This document shows positions 12,169 to 24,631 of a stretch of DNA of 64,000 nucleotides, one piece after another. Under the pieces are notes generated by a model, which saw only the letters and a list, made by a program, of their open reading frames with translations, was not told the DNA's origin and ran no database searches. The DNA comes from Phoronis australis (taxonomy: Eukaryota > Animalia > Phoronida). The stretch is taken from positions 904,624-968,623 of the forward strand of contig NMRA01000109.1 of NCBI GenBank assembly GCA_002633005.1, in the 5' to 3' direction. Position numbers and translations under genes: made by a program. Position 1 is the stretch's first letter. Every line of letters begins with the position of its first letter.

Positions 12169-12797
12169 CAGGCCTTCATGCAGGGTAGGTCCTGGGCGTC
12201 CACTAATCTGGAAGCCCTGGCAAGGACACCCAATGTAAGGTTTGGAGCCCAGTCAATCAGAATTTCTCCTTTGGACACCCACATTGTAAGATTACTAGGA
12301 TACCCCAGCAGGCCTTTATGCAGCGGACTTCCTGGGCGTCCAAATGGACTCTCTAGCACTAATATGGACACCCTGGCAAGGACCCCAATGAATCACTTGG
12401 ACGCCCACTATCAATAGGAACCTTTCAAGTTTGGACACACACATTGTAATGATTACTAGGAAGCCTACAAAGAGTCACAGTGGTGGCTTTTTTCAAAGCA
12501 GGAAGAAATATACAATGTATATACAAAATACAATGTTGCTATGCTCACACTTGGTTAACAGCATTGTAAAAGTCTTGGTCTACGCATTTTTTTTTATAGT
12601 AAAAATGCTCACTACAGAGGGCTGTTTTGTAAATTTAGATGTAAAAACCTTATTCTATGAATTTTTTTTGTAAAAAAATCTGTGTGTTTGGGGGGATTGC
12701 TGGGGGTGGGGGGTTACGCGTCGGAATCATGGACGCCCTGGAATATTGGGAACCCCATTTTGGACACCCTATTTTCGAAATCCTGGATAAAGCCCTG
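12169..12797. mobile_element. hAT-type MITE with an internal ~140-bp tandem duplication
   Basis: TIR CAGGCCTTCATGCAG / CTGGATAAAGCCCTG; 8-bp TSD ccttgacc/ccttgaac. Confidence 0.6.
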
Positions 12798-13022
12798 CCT
12801 TGAACCCGAATATTTTGCAAACTCGCTGGAGCAGGACACTGTGAACGGTATTAGAAGAAAGATCAACTGCTAATGGTTTGTTGAAATCCTGTTTCGTGTA
12901 AATATATTGAATTTTGTGTTTGATATGGCCAGCTGAAATGAAGCACCCGTGGAATTTCTTGTCCCTAGTGTCATACCTTGCGATATTATATATAGTGTAT
13001 TGGGGACAATCAGAAACTGAGG

Positions 13023-13919
13023 TAGGCAATGACCATCGCCTCTGTTGGCCTGAACCAGAGGCGATGTAGAGGCTATAGGCGCTCTGTACGCCGGAAGCTT
13101 TTCGGCGAATTATGCCTCGCACCGACTAAACCATCAAAGCCACGTTGTTATAACTACCTTTTGCGCATAGACGAACACCTTAGGAGGTTGTCGATGTGTT
13201 TAAGTTCTTCCAACTCGAACAAATACTCCCGTTATGAAACTTTTTCTTCGAGCAGTCCCTATTTCAGTTCCCAAAATCGTGAAATCAACTTTTTCATTTT
13301 TTTAACCAGGCCGAAGGTCAGAAGTTGCGGACCTACCGGCGAACTTTGAAAGCTGAAGTTCCCGCCCTTCGCGTACGTGCTGCCGGGAACCAGCCGTGCA
13401 TTTGCCGTGTTGTTAAACATTAAAATGTCAAATATGTGCACAAAGACTATTAAATGTCATATCAACAGCATTTATTTTTATCAAATACAAACAATGATTC
13501 ATTGAAATACAATCAGTTTCAAGTAACGCCAATTAAAGACAAGTATAAGTGGTGGCATTTTGGAAACGAACATTTGACTGACAAGACCGCAATGGCTCAC
13601 CTTTGGCCTATTTAAAGATTGAGGTCATGAATTGGAGCGTGCGCAGTATAAAAATGGCGAGTTCACGATTTTGGGAACTGAAATAGGGACTGCTCGAAGA
13701 AAAAGTTTCATAACGGGAGTATTTGTTCGAGTTGGAAGGAATTAATCACATCGACCTCCTAAGGTGTTCCTCTATGCGCAAAAGGTATTTATAACAACGT
13801 GACTTTGATGGTTTAGTCGGTGCGAGGCATAATTCGCCGAAAAGATTCCGGCGTACAGAGCGCCTATAGCCTCTACATCGCCTCTGGTTCGGGCCAACAG
13901 AGGCGATGGTCATTGCCTA
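13023..13919. mobile_element. Mutator-like (MULE) foldback MITE, copy 1
   Basis: ~270-bp TIRs TAGGCAATGACCATCGCCTCTG...CAGAGGCGATGGTCATTGCCTA; 9-bp TSD aaactgagg/aagctgagg. Confidence 0.8.
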
Positions 13920-14460
13920 AAGCTGAGGAAGCCTGTGGATCACACAAGTATTTGTTCAAATTGCAAGGAATTAATAACACCAACTGCCTCCTAAACAAGG
14001 AGTCTTTACGTGGAAAATGTATTTATAGCAACGTGACTTTCACTGCTTAATCAGTCAGAGGCATAATTTGCGAAAAAGCTTACGGCAAATGAAGGGCCTT
14101 TGGGGATGGCCATCGTCTCTACTTCTAAGCCTGCCCGAGACGATGGCACCTTCCTCGAGACCTTCACTACTGTCACATATTAAGACAAATAATCATGAGC
14201 GTATAATATTGGATACATCAATTTAAAAACGCAAGTGCTTTATCCAATATTTACGAGCAATACATAGCAGTATGTCAAACCCAGACACACAGTTTGTTCG
14301 CATAGGTCGCCGCTCACATGGCGCTGAACGATAATCGAAAGACCGGATGAATATGGTCAGCATGGAGATCAGATCATGATTTCGCGCAATGTTTTCAAAT
14401 TCAAAAACAATTCATTTCCAGGTTTTTCAAAGCAATAGGGACGTTAAAAGCTGTACAAAC

Positions 14461-14541
14461 CTCAGCCTGGGAACGGACGTCGTTATCTGAGCTCAGAAAA
14501 CTGTTTAAAAGAGCTTCAAAGGCTTCGATTTGATCCGCCAT
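14461..14541 (-). CDS. IPO5: Importin-5 exon 1 (MADQIEAFEALLNSFLSSDNDVRSQAE)
   Basis: ATG at 14541, donor GAG|gtttgt; resembles the importin-5 N-terminus (human LLGNLLSPDNVVRKQAE). The 11 exons sum to 1230 nt (410 codons) with consistent phases. Confidence 0.93.
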
Positions 14542-14960
14542 CTTTTCTGTCGACCTGTCTCGGCCAATGCCCTCTGACCTTTCCCGCGCTGACCGACACT
14601 TCCGGTACCAAAAGGTGACGCTTCCTTGTAAAACCAACATTAATTTACTGATTGTACTTCATTCGGACCAATTTTAACCCAACCAGTTATATTAGTTGCT
14701 CCCAAACAAGTAATATAAGCTATTTTCACCTGATTCTATTGCGATTTTTATGCAAGCATTCTCGTAAAATACGTTTTTATTAAAAGCGAATTGTCTCCCC
14801 TGAATTTGAGCACCAGCCGAAAATTTTGCTCTCCATCTTGGAAAGATTTATAAAATATCATTCCAAAATCTGTTTGGATTGTTTGTCATCGGGGTTATCG
14901 TATGTTATCTTAGTCTAGTTAAAACACAAAGAGACAGCTTATAGCTGTATTTGTTCACGT
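14536..14960. promoter_or_regulatory. Putative bidirectional promoter of IPO5 (-) and the ZNF gene (+)
   Basis: YY1-like CCGCCATCTT over the IPO5 ATG, CCAAT 14564, E2F-like TTTCCCGC 14580, ETS-like CACTTCCGGT 14597, TGACG 14616. A plus-strand donor CAC|gtaagt at 14958/9 may end a non-coding first exon of the ZNF gene. Confidence 0.6.
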
Positions 14961-15448
14961 AAGTATCCGAGTGAAGTGTATTTTTTTAAAAGTTCGAACC
15001 TAAGTTTTCCGATAGATCTTTTGGGGAATCGACTCTAGATTTTTTAATTTGTTTAAATTGAGAGAGACAGACTTATGTTTTATGGTCATTATTCGCTTAT
15101 TCATGATTTAAATTAAACGCAACGCTGGCGTTTTGAATATCAATTTGTTCCACAAATACATGTCGTATTGGGAGAACATTGTTTTACTTTGACAAAAGGT
15201 GTCGCTTTTAAAATGCCTCAGCTTGCATGTTTTTGTTTTGAACCTTCCTTGGTAGAGTTCAGTAACGCTAGGACCTCGCAAAAAAGTAAGATTTCGCAAG
15301 ATTACGTGAGATATTGCTGTGTATATTAAATGAGAACACGTGAGCTTGGCTAGACTTTAGAGGCGTTACGGAACTCTACCCTGCTTGTCTTATGAATCTC
15401 ATGAAGTTTTGTTCAGGCAAAGCCAGCCAGCCAGCTTAGCCTGGATGC

Positions 15449-16367
15449 TAGGCAATGACCATCGCCTCTGTTGGCCCGAAGCAGAGGCGATGCAGAGGCT
15501 ATAGGCGCTCTGTACGCCGGAAGCTTTTCGGCGAATTATGCCTCGCACCGACTAAATCATCAAAGTCATGTTGTTATAAATAGCTTTTGCGCATAGAGGA
15601 ACACCTTAGGAGGTTGTCGATGTGTTTAAGTCCTTCCAACTCGAACAAATCTTTTTCTTCGATCAGTCCCTATTTCAGTTCCCAAAATTGTGAAATCAAA
15701 ATTTTCATTTTTTTTAACCAGGCCGAAGGTCAGAAGTTGCGTTCCTACCGGCGAACGTTGAAAGCTGAAGTTCCCGCCCTTTGCGTACATGCTGTCGGGA
15801 ACCAGCCGTGCATTTGCCGTGTTGTTAAACATTAAAATGTCAAATATGTGCACAAAGACTATTAAGTGTCATATCAACAGCATTTATTTTTATCAAATAC
15901 AAACAATAATTCATTGAAATACAAACAGTTTCAAGTAACGCCAATATAAAGACAAGTATAAGTGGTGGCATTTTGGAAACGAACATTTGACTGACAAGAC
16001 CGCAATGGCTCACCTTTGGCCTATTTGAAAATTACTGAGGTTATAAAGTCACATCACCTAGCAAGCGCGGTAAAAATTGGAGCGTGCGCAGTACAAAAAT
16101 TTTGATTTCACGATTTTGGGAACTGAAATAGGGACTGATCGAAGAAAAAGTTTCATAACTGGAGTATTTGTTCGAGTTGGAAGGACTTAAACACATCGAC
16201 AACCTCCTAAGGTGTTCCTCTATGCGCAAAAGGTATTTATAACAACGTGACTTTGATGGTTTAGTCGGTGCGAGGCACAATTCGCCGAAAAGCTTCCGGA
16301 GTACAGAGCGCCTATAGCCTCTGCATCGCCTCTGCTTCGGGCCAACAGAGGCGATGGTCATTGCCTA
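15449..16367. mobile_element. Mutator-like (MULE) foldback MITE, copy 2
   Basis: Near-identical to copy 1 and in the same orientation; 9-bp TSD cctggatgc/cctgcatgc. Confidence 0.8.
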
Positions 16368-16673
16368 CCTGCATGCATGAGAGCCATGAGAAGTCTAGGT
16401 AGCAATGTGTGTTGAGTCTTTCCCTCTAAACTGGTTGGTATTCACCTAATGGAGAAATACTAGCAGATCAGAACTCTTTTTCTACGGACATTTGGACCCT
16501 CTCAGTCATGTCTTAATTCTCTGTATCATTTATATAATTGGCCATAATGTCCCTTTCCAAATAGGCAATAGATTTCAGCAACTGTACCTTTTAGCATGGC
16601 ATGTTCAAATATCTCAATGGGCCTTTTTATTCTGTATCAGCATTATTTTTGTTTTATCCAAAGGACAGAAAGA

Positions 16674-17167
16674 ATGGCTTCGCTACCCCAGGTTGCCACC
16701 AGTGAACCAACTCCCTCTGTTGAACCACTTGCTGACCAACCGTCTCTTGCACTGGAAATGACAGCCTTAGGAAGCCAAGCTTACACAGCCGACAGTCACA
16801 TGCCTGGGGATTTACAGACCGACAATTCTGATATGGGCTCTAGTATCGCCACAGCTAATTTTCCAATGTCCCAAGTTGACGCAGATAGCGCCGTTACTCT
16901 TGGTGATTTGCAGTCTGATAACACTGACATATCCTCCCTCTCTGCCATGGATGCGCCTGATGTTCTTGCATGTGATAACCAAGCTAATGCTCAAGGTACT
17001 TCTATCCCTGCTGACCAGGATTCTTCAGCTGTTATAGCTCCACCCAGTATTCCCACTTCGCCTATTACAATGACTGGCAAGGCCTATGCTAAACTACAGC
17101 GAATCATGGATGAGAAGAACTTAGACTTGGACAAAGCCATGGAGTACTTTTTCAGTCTTCACCAGAA
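16674..17167 (+). CDS. AT-hook/C2H2 zinc-finger gene, coding exon 1 (acidic low-complexity N-terminus)
   Basis: ATG after a polypyrimidine/AG acceptor; donor AA|gtaaga is phase-compatible with the next exon. The 8-exon model totals 2565 nt (854 aa plus stop). Confidence 0.75.
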
Positions 17168-17690
17168 GTAAGACTTATTTGTTAGTAATATACACGCAGC
17201 ACTTCACCATTCAATAGAAGTAAGACTTGTTAGTAATACACATGTAGTACTTCAGTCTTTATCAGAAGCAAGACTTGTTAGCAATATAAAGACAGTCATG
17301 TGTGTATACACATGCACTCACAGAATGTTTTCTATTGAGTATGTTGTGCTGATGTGCTTTGACTGGTAGTGAACTGTTTGGCCACATTACTTACTATGCA
17401 GTACTACTGGGGCAGTGAGCTCATGTCGGGCATCAAATAATGTCTTTGATTTAATGAAGAAATAAAATTCTTATAAAGCGCAACCTGAGTTGTGATCATC
17501 TCTTTGTGATGGGATGAACACAATTCTATGTAAATGAACAAATATTGCATTTAGTAGTTTTGTGATAAAAAATATGTGCTGTTAATACCATGTTACATTT
17601 TTATGTCTTCTCACCAAATTCTTGTTCATTCTCAATAGCTTTTGATTTGTATACATACATATGTATGTACATGTATACATACTGCTTCAG

Positions 17691-17806
17691 AGTTTCTATG
17701 GTGACAAAACCCAAAGGCCAGCGAGGTCGTCCTAGGAAAGGTTCCAGGCCCAGTGACCCTACTGTGAAAGCAAAAGTCACTGGTCCCAGAATTAGCAATG
17801 CAGATG
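17691..17806 (+). CDS. ZNF coding exon 2 with AT-hook (KGQRGRPRKG)
   Basis: cttcag|A...G|gtgagt; RGRPRK AT-hook; phases 2/1 fit both neighbours. Confidence 0.82.
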
Positions 17807-19866
17807 GTGAGTAAAATTTTAATGCTGGGATTTTCAGCTTATACTGTGGTTTGGTCTTGTAATTTGTGTGTTGAGAAACTTCATAAAGGGTTTGAGAAAA
17901 CTATGTTTAATTGAAAATAACCAAGATATTCAGGCTTCGAAATTAGTGTCTAGCAATATGGTAACATTGTTGCTTTCTGGCTCACAAAAATCCGTAGCCA
18001 TTAGAATTATCAGTTATCAGGACCTGTAAGTGTAATGTTCAGATCTCTCTTGTTAATATGTTTGTAATGAAGATTCATTATTTTTCTTTTTTTACTTAGT
18101 ATAGCAATGCATGCTTATGCCGAACATTTTCAAAGCTACGGGTAGGCACATATGTGATCGTGGTCATTAACCTGAATGTTTGCAGTACTAAGAAACTGAA
18201 AGACTGCAATAGTAAGAAATGTTATGTGATGTGGCAAACTCCAACATGGTGGTACTGTATGGATATCATCACCACCTACCTTATTTGGTCATCTGATATA
18301 TTTTGTTGCTAATTGCCCCACTTCAGTTGAAACAATATTCTTTACAATCTAGTCTAAAAAATCTATGACTTGATCAACTGACAACTGGGGGAGTGAAAAA
18401 TTGGACGGGGAAGGGTGAACGAAAATAAAATAAAAGGCTAATCACAATTTCGTGTGTACCCATTTAGTTACAATAGCTGGCTATGGGCATGAAACATCGT
18501 GGGTCCTAGAGACCACGATCCGGGGAAACATATCGGAACAGGAGAATATCGCCGGTTTCTTGGGAGGATCGGTCCAGGGAATGTCGTAAAGCACTGGGTC
18601 TTAACCGCTGGGACTCGAAGATCCTTGTCAAATAATTGAACCAAACTGGTTCACTCTTTTATGTAGGGCTGTCGCTGTTCTCTTTTCATGTGCGGCTTTG
18701 GAGTGGTGCACACTTGAATCGGTATTACAGTACCAGGTACATGTGATTGACAGATGACTCATGTATATGCATGACCTGAGCCGCAGTCCAATGATGTTGT
18801 TATATTGTAATTGGATAATCAGTAGATCAATATGTTTTTCAACCACAAAGTTTGCAAAGTTGATCGTTTAAGAATTAGCATTAACATCGCTGTATACTTA
18901 GCTTACGAAACACGTCAAAGATCAATTCTGCATGTTCTTGCGACATGTTTACTAATCATCAAGGGGGCTGTTATGTGTTCTTTTGAACTTGATTTGGCAA
19001 CAACCAAATAGCGGTCACCGGATTAAGTCAAATCGCTTTATGTTTGCCAGATATCTGTCGAGAAGTGTAAAAAATTGCATATGTTGGAACTTCCTGGTTG
19101 CATGTTGGAACTTATGTAAGCTGGCCAAAATTTCAGTTCGCATTTCCAAACTTCAGGTCGCAAATGCGACCTGCAGCTCATTATGTCAAGTGCTGTAATT
19201 GCTGTGGATTTTACTTTCAAAAACACAATAGTCACATATTACGTGAAATTGTATCTTTATTTTTAATTTCTACCCACAGCATATTTTTAAGGCAATCCAT
19301 TTGTATGTGTCATATAGGGGGATTATTTAGGTCAACTTCAACTGATAATGATGTGGCAAATCTTTTTTTAACCTTTCAGACTTTTGATTTATGACGGTTT
19401 TAACAGGCTTGAACATTAAAAGTGTTTGGGTTGAGTTGCATGAAAATTTCCATAATTATATTATGGCCTGTGACTGAGGGAAGCATGTTTCAAATTTTTG
19501 ATTTTTCTTCAACTGTATAGAACAAAGAATTGAGATATTGATTTAGAAGTCACTTCGATGACTGATGTCTTTTGTGTTTGGGATAAAATGTCCTGCATAT
19601 TGGCAGTAAGAATATATATTGTTGCCTGTAATTTAGGTTTTTTAAGAAGTTCATGTTCCATGCAAAAATTACGTTTTTCACAGAAGATTGTGATCTTGGG
19701 ATTGTAAACAATTTTACAATCTTTAAAGCATAAATCTTTACGTATTGAGGATTCAAAAATATGACTTTGCATAGAGCTGCCTATTGAAAATGGACAGTTA
19801 AACATATGTTTGGCTAACTGTGAAAGGAATTCACGAAGGTTGACAATGTTTTAAATTCAATTGTAG

Positions 19867-20762
19867 GTGGCACTGAGTTTACAACAAAAAGGATAGAAGA
19901 GGATGAAAAGCAGACTACAGAATTAGGCTCTGATATGTCGAGTGGTCGTCGCAAGAGTCGACGGACAATACGCAAACCTCACACGGACCAGTATGCGTAC
20001 TTTGACAACTTGAAAAAGGAGGACATTGATAGTGATTTGGATGTGGAAGCATTGGATGCTGAGGGAAATGAGGACGGCGAAGATGTGAGTGAGCAGGACG
20101 ATCCCACGGTCAATGTACATGACATTAGTGAGCCAAAGCGTACTCGGGCAAAACGCCGCAAGATTGTCAAGGAGGAATTCCTCACAGCAGAGGAGCAGCG
20201 CACTTTGGTATGTTCAGTCTGCCAGAAACAGTGCGAAAGCAAAACGACGCTGTATCGACACAAGTGGAACTTCCATGACGTTAAGCCACGGCCGTATGTC
20301 TGCCAGATTTGCGGCTACGGCGCATTGTACAACTGTGATTACCAGCGCCACATGCGAATTCACTCACGCGAGACTGAGCAGAAATGCCCAGTTTGTGACT
20401 TTACGACAATCTGGAAGAAGAACCTGGATGTTCACATGCAGCTGCACGACCCGGAACGCGAGCCGTGGAAATGTGACATTTGCGGTGAGCAGGTCTACAG
20501 CCAGCAGAAGATAAAGCAACATCGGCTCACACACGACGCAAACGCAGTCAAATGTGACTTGTGTGACAGTGTTTTCGAGAATCAGCGGTTCCTGGACATG
20601 CACCGGCAGACGCATGTCAAGGAGAAACCATACAAATGTGAGCACTGTCGCTTCTCGACGGGGTTCAAGATGAACCTGCGAAATCACTTGTTCAAGCGTC
20701 ATGGCATCGGTTCACTGTATGCGCCCAAGAAGAAGGCATACAAGTGTGATCAGTGCTCCAAG
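19867..20762 (+). CDS. ZNF coding exon 3: acidic region, C2H2 fingers 1-6 and start of finger 7
   Basis: ttgtag|GT, long ORF with six CxxC-x12-Hx3-4H fingers, AAG|gtatgt. Confidence 0.93.
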
Positions 20763-21180
20763 GTATGTGTCATAGCAGATCTTTTACACCTGCTAAGGTT
20801 TTTCTTGCATTGAAAGCTTTAAGGTTACATAGAACCCTAGAACAAGTCTAAAATTGGCTGGATTCGGACCATCATGGGTGATCGGCGTGATGTGAAAATT
20901 TCTGATTATTTGTTCTCGAAAATTTAATTTCAAATTGTTTTAAAAATATTCCATGAACAGGTTGATATCTTGTGATAGTAATGCAGTAGTTCTCCAGGTT
21001 ATCATTTTGTCACATGCTGCCAATGAGCACATTGATGTAACATTCTGCATCAGAGAAAATTTTTTGCAACTGTGATTTTCGCTCAGGATGTATTTGTTTC
21101 GCTTGTCAAAATAGAATCTGAACTTCCTAGTAAAATACTGACTACAAAACACTTATGTTTACTATTACTATTACAAAAAG

Positions 21181-21614
21181 GTGTTCATCAATGAAGAACG
21201 CCGGATGGTACACCGTCAGCTACATGATGCGGGCGTGTCTACAACAGATCCACGACCTGATGACTTTGTGTTCTGCTGTCCATATGGCTGTGACTACCGG
21301 TCCAAGGACATTGATCACGTGGTCAAGCATATGGTCATTCACTCGGAGAACAAAACATACCAGTGTGAGCAGTGTGACTACGCCACCAAGTGGAAGAAGG
21401 ATCTGGCGAATCACGTGCTGCGACACACGGGGCAGAAGAACGAGAGGTGCGATATTTGCGGCTATACGTGTTATACAAAGTGTCGGCTAAAAGTGCACAT
21501 GAACAAACATAACGATAAGAAGGAGCACATGTGTGAATGGTGCGGTCAGTACTTCAAGCATAAGAACCTACTCAAGATACACACCCTCTATCACACCGGC
21601 GAGCCCAAGTTCAA
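21181..21614 (+). CDS. ZNF coding exon 4: C2H2 fingers 7-11
   Basis: Completes the split finger CDQCSK|VFINEERRMVHRQLH; HTGQK and HTGEPK linkers; AA|gtaagt. Confidence 0.93.
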
Positions 21615-23404
21615 GTAAGTGTTGTTAGCTTACTGCAGCTAGATTACTCCTTGATTACTACTGCTTCCACTGGCAGTTCTGGGGTATCGTCAGGCGGGGT
21701 GACTATGATGTCCAAAAATGGGCATCCATGATACACGTAAATGCAGTGTGCCAACTTTTTGTAGTGTGAGGTTCCATCTGATCCTCCATAGCCCTGTGTA
21801 TGGCTTCTCTGGATGTGAACAGGTGTCTTCACTTGAGAGTACTGTTTTATTGTGATGTCTATCTGTGATGTGTTCTCATTGTCACCACATGTCTGTTTAT
21901 TTCTGTATTACAAATCCACAGTAACTTTCATTTGAGTGGTTCTAATGTTGATTGAGCATATCTGTGTTGAAGCCTGGCCAGTTATGAACAATGTCAGGCG
22001 TTATTCCTCAGCTCAGTGTTGAAATGTTGCTCTTTTATCTTTGTGTTATGGTTTTCTTTTTTAACTCCCTGTTTCAGGGATTTTCCTGACCAGTTTTGAA
22101 CCTGTGACCTTTGGGCGCACCTGATGTTAAAAAGTGTGCCTTTTTTCAAAAAGTTTTGCCCAGGAGACTTAGTGCAATCAAAGTGGTAACATGTGAAACA
22201 GAAATCTCAAGGGCAATCGAAATGAGAACAGCGGTGTTTTAACCAAGTGGCTGTAAGATGACTAGAATCTTACGTTTTTGGAGGAGCGTTGTGTTTTAAG
22301 AGACGCGCCCTAGGGGGGAGGTGTACTGGTGCAACATACTTGCGCCTTTTTATGTTGTGTGCGCTAATGGGGTAAAGGCACAGTCCAGGAATATCCCTGC
22401 TGTTTTGTCACTCCTGTCCCTTGTGGTGAGGGTGACTTTGCCACCATTTTATCCTGCCATGTCTCTGCAAGTGTTAAAAGAGGCTAAAAACATTCTTCTG
22501 ACAATGTAAAAATGAGCTAATTGGTTAACATTGTTGCTAAGGATCAAATTTGTTATATAATTTTTAATTAGGAATTGTAGAGATCTATATGTTTTTAAAA
22601 TTTATCCTTAATGATTGCAGAATGTTCTTACGTTGTGTGCTCAAGAATAATGCCAAGATGTTCAAAAGTATGTTTATTTTTTCTAAAAAAACATGTTTAC
22701 AGAGATTGCAATAGTTTTTACAAACTTTTCACATGCAAGAATTAGGTTTTTAAGACGAAATGCAGCAATCATGTGATAAAGAAGATATGGGCATTGGTTT
22801 CGTGCCCATAAGATTCTGTGATTATCAAGGCATTTGAAAACAAATAGTTTCATTACTCTACGTTTAATACCTGAGAACTTATGAAGTTTGATCATTTATA
22901 ACGACAGGTAACCTACTTGACAAAATACTTGAAGACATAGTCATAAAAATAAAGAAAACCTAATGTTACAAGTTACAGCTCTGTATCACTGACACAATGA
23001 GCATTGAAATATTTCAGCTTTCTGTAATTTTTCACTAATTTCGCACAAAAATAATTTCAAAATGGTCGCTTAACTATTTGTCGAATGATGATCACCTAAC
23101 TGCAAATAATACCAGAAATTTTACCAAATGACATCTGCACAGTAAAAATGAAGGTAGCAATAGAAAAATTTCTTGACTTTGTTTTTGTTGAGAAATTTTA
23201 CAAAACGAATTTTCACTTGTAGAGTTGTAGGCTATATTGCATTCTAGATAGGGTAAAAATACCTTACTTGTATATCAGCATACATTTTCAGGTATCTCCT
23301 GAGGCGGTCTTGGCATTTTTCATGTATGTTAGCTTTTCCTTTCTGAGTAGTTGTGTCATACCTGCATACATCAGTGAACATCTCATGCTCATCTCTCCCA
23401 CTAG

Positions 23405-23643
23405 ATGTGACTTGTGTGACTTTGCCACTATAACTGAGTCTCGACTGAAGAAACACCGATTGTCTCACTCAGAAGATCGCCTCTATCGCTGCGACATCTG
23501 TGAGAAGACCTTTAAACAGGCTCACCATCTGAACCAACACCGAGATGCCGTTCACCTGGGAAAACCCAACTATCGGCAAAGAAAAATGATTGCGTACACG
23601 ACGACAACGGAGCTCGGTGAACAAAGGATTGTGTTGCAGACGG
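23405..23643 (+). CDS. ZNF coding exon 5: C2H2 fingers 12-13
   Basis: ctag|A TGT; CDLCDFATITESRLKKHRLSH and CDICEKTFKQAHHLNQHRDAVH; G|gttagt. Confidence 0.9.
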
Positions 23644-24563
23644 GTTAGTGTTCAGTACTCCCTCTGTTGTTCATTTCTTGAAACTTTACTTCAGTTTAGT
23701 TTATCCTATAATGTCAACACCATTATTTAATTATTCGAGTGTGATTCATTAATAAAACTCGGAATTTTCGTTTTTGAAATGGAAAACTTAACTGATTAGT
23801 GGTGAATAGCTAGAGTATCAGAGTTAAAAGCTGTGGTGTAAATCCTTAGCAATATATGTCTCTGTGTTAACCCTTAGTATTCTGGTAAATAAACATCTTG
23901 AGTTTATGTAGAGCCTGGGTATAAATGCTATCCTTGTTTTTGTTGAGATATTCATGGTGAAGACGCCATCTGTCCATTGAGTATGTCCTGGAATTAACTC
24001 CTTTCTTCAAAGGACATCAAATGATATCAGTTTACACAAGTACCCTACTTGTGAACATTCAGGCTCATGGGTCTTTGTATGTGAAACTGCACAAGTCATT
24101 TAGGCTCGTGTCACAAAGAGCGAGAGATTAGATAAAAGTAGGGAGCGAGTTTTTGAAATAATATGTGGGAGAAGCTTCATTTAGCCATCACAAAATGGCA
24201 GATATTTTATAAGGAACTCTTTCCTACACCAATGAGTAGTTCTTTATTTCTCTATACACGTATCTTATAAGTGAGCATTCAGGTTCAGGCACCCTCTGTA
24301 TGTGAACTGGCGGCAAGTTCTGTAAAGGAGACAAAAATAATGTGCAGAAACGCTTAGTTTCACAAGTGCTGCTCTTACACAAGGAAAACTCGCCTGCCCC
24401 AGTATGTGAAGAATGGATCTTGTGTCTACGCGTGAAACACTTGAGCAAAAAAATTGAATGAAGTTCATTATTGAGGATTAATCTAAATTGTTGCATTCAG
24501 GGTTCATGTAAAAGTATCCTGTTATTTGTGTTATCGTAGTCATCGTTGTATACACATTTGCAG

Positions 24564-24631
24564 ATACCGATGGTTCAGGGGAGACTGAGCTGACAGCTGA
24601 AGATTTGAGCGATTGTTTAAAGGATCATCAG
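24564..24631 (+). CDS. ZNF coding exon 6 (DTDGSGETELTAEDLSDCLKDHQ)
   Basis: ttgcag|AT...CAG|gtaggt; phase 1/0 is consistent. Confidence 0.75.

Larger units (their letters stand above)
11680..13945. repeat. Older diverged inverted repeat (11680-11815 versus 12903-13022 plus 13920-13945) interrupted by the hAT MITE and MULE copy 1
   Basis: GGTATGACACTA..GGAATTCCACGGGTGCTTCA..ATATCAAACACAAAA is the reverse complement of 12910-12980. Confidence 0.65.

Noticed and set aside
12769-16361. Repeated ORFs (MTIASVG..., MRGIIRRK..., MHIFDILMF...) as a small gene family
   Set aside because: They are translations of the MULE MITE TIRs and interior, with no protein motifs.
24272-24357. Alternative terminal or poison exon of the ZNF gene (VSIQVQAPSVCELAASS...*)
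   Set aside because: Phase-compatible, but it has a weak AAG acceptor and no independent support.
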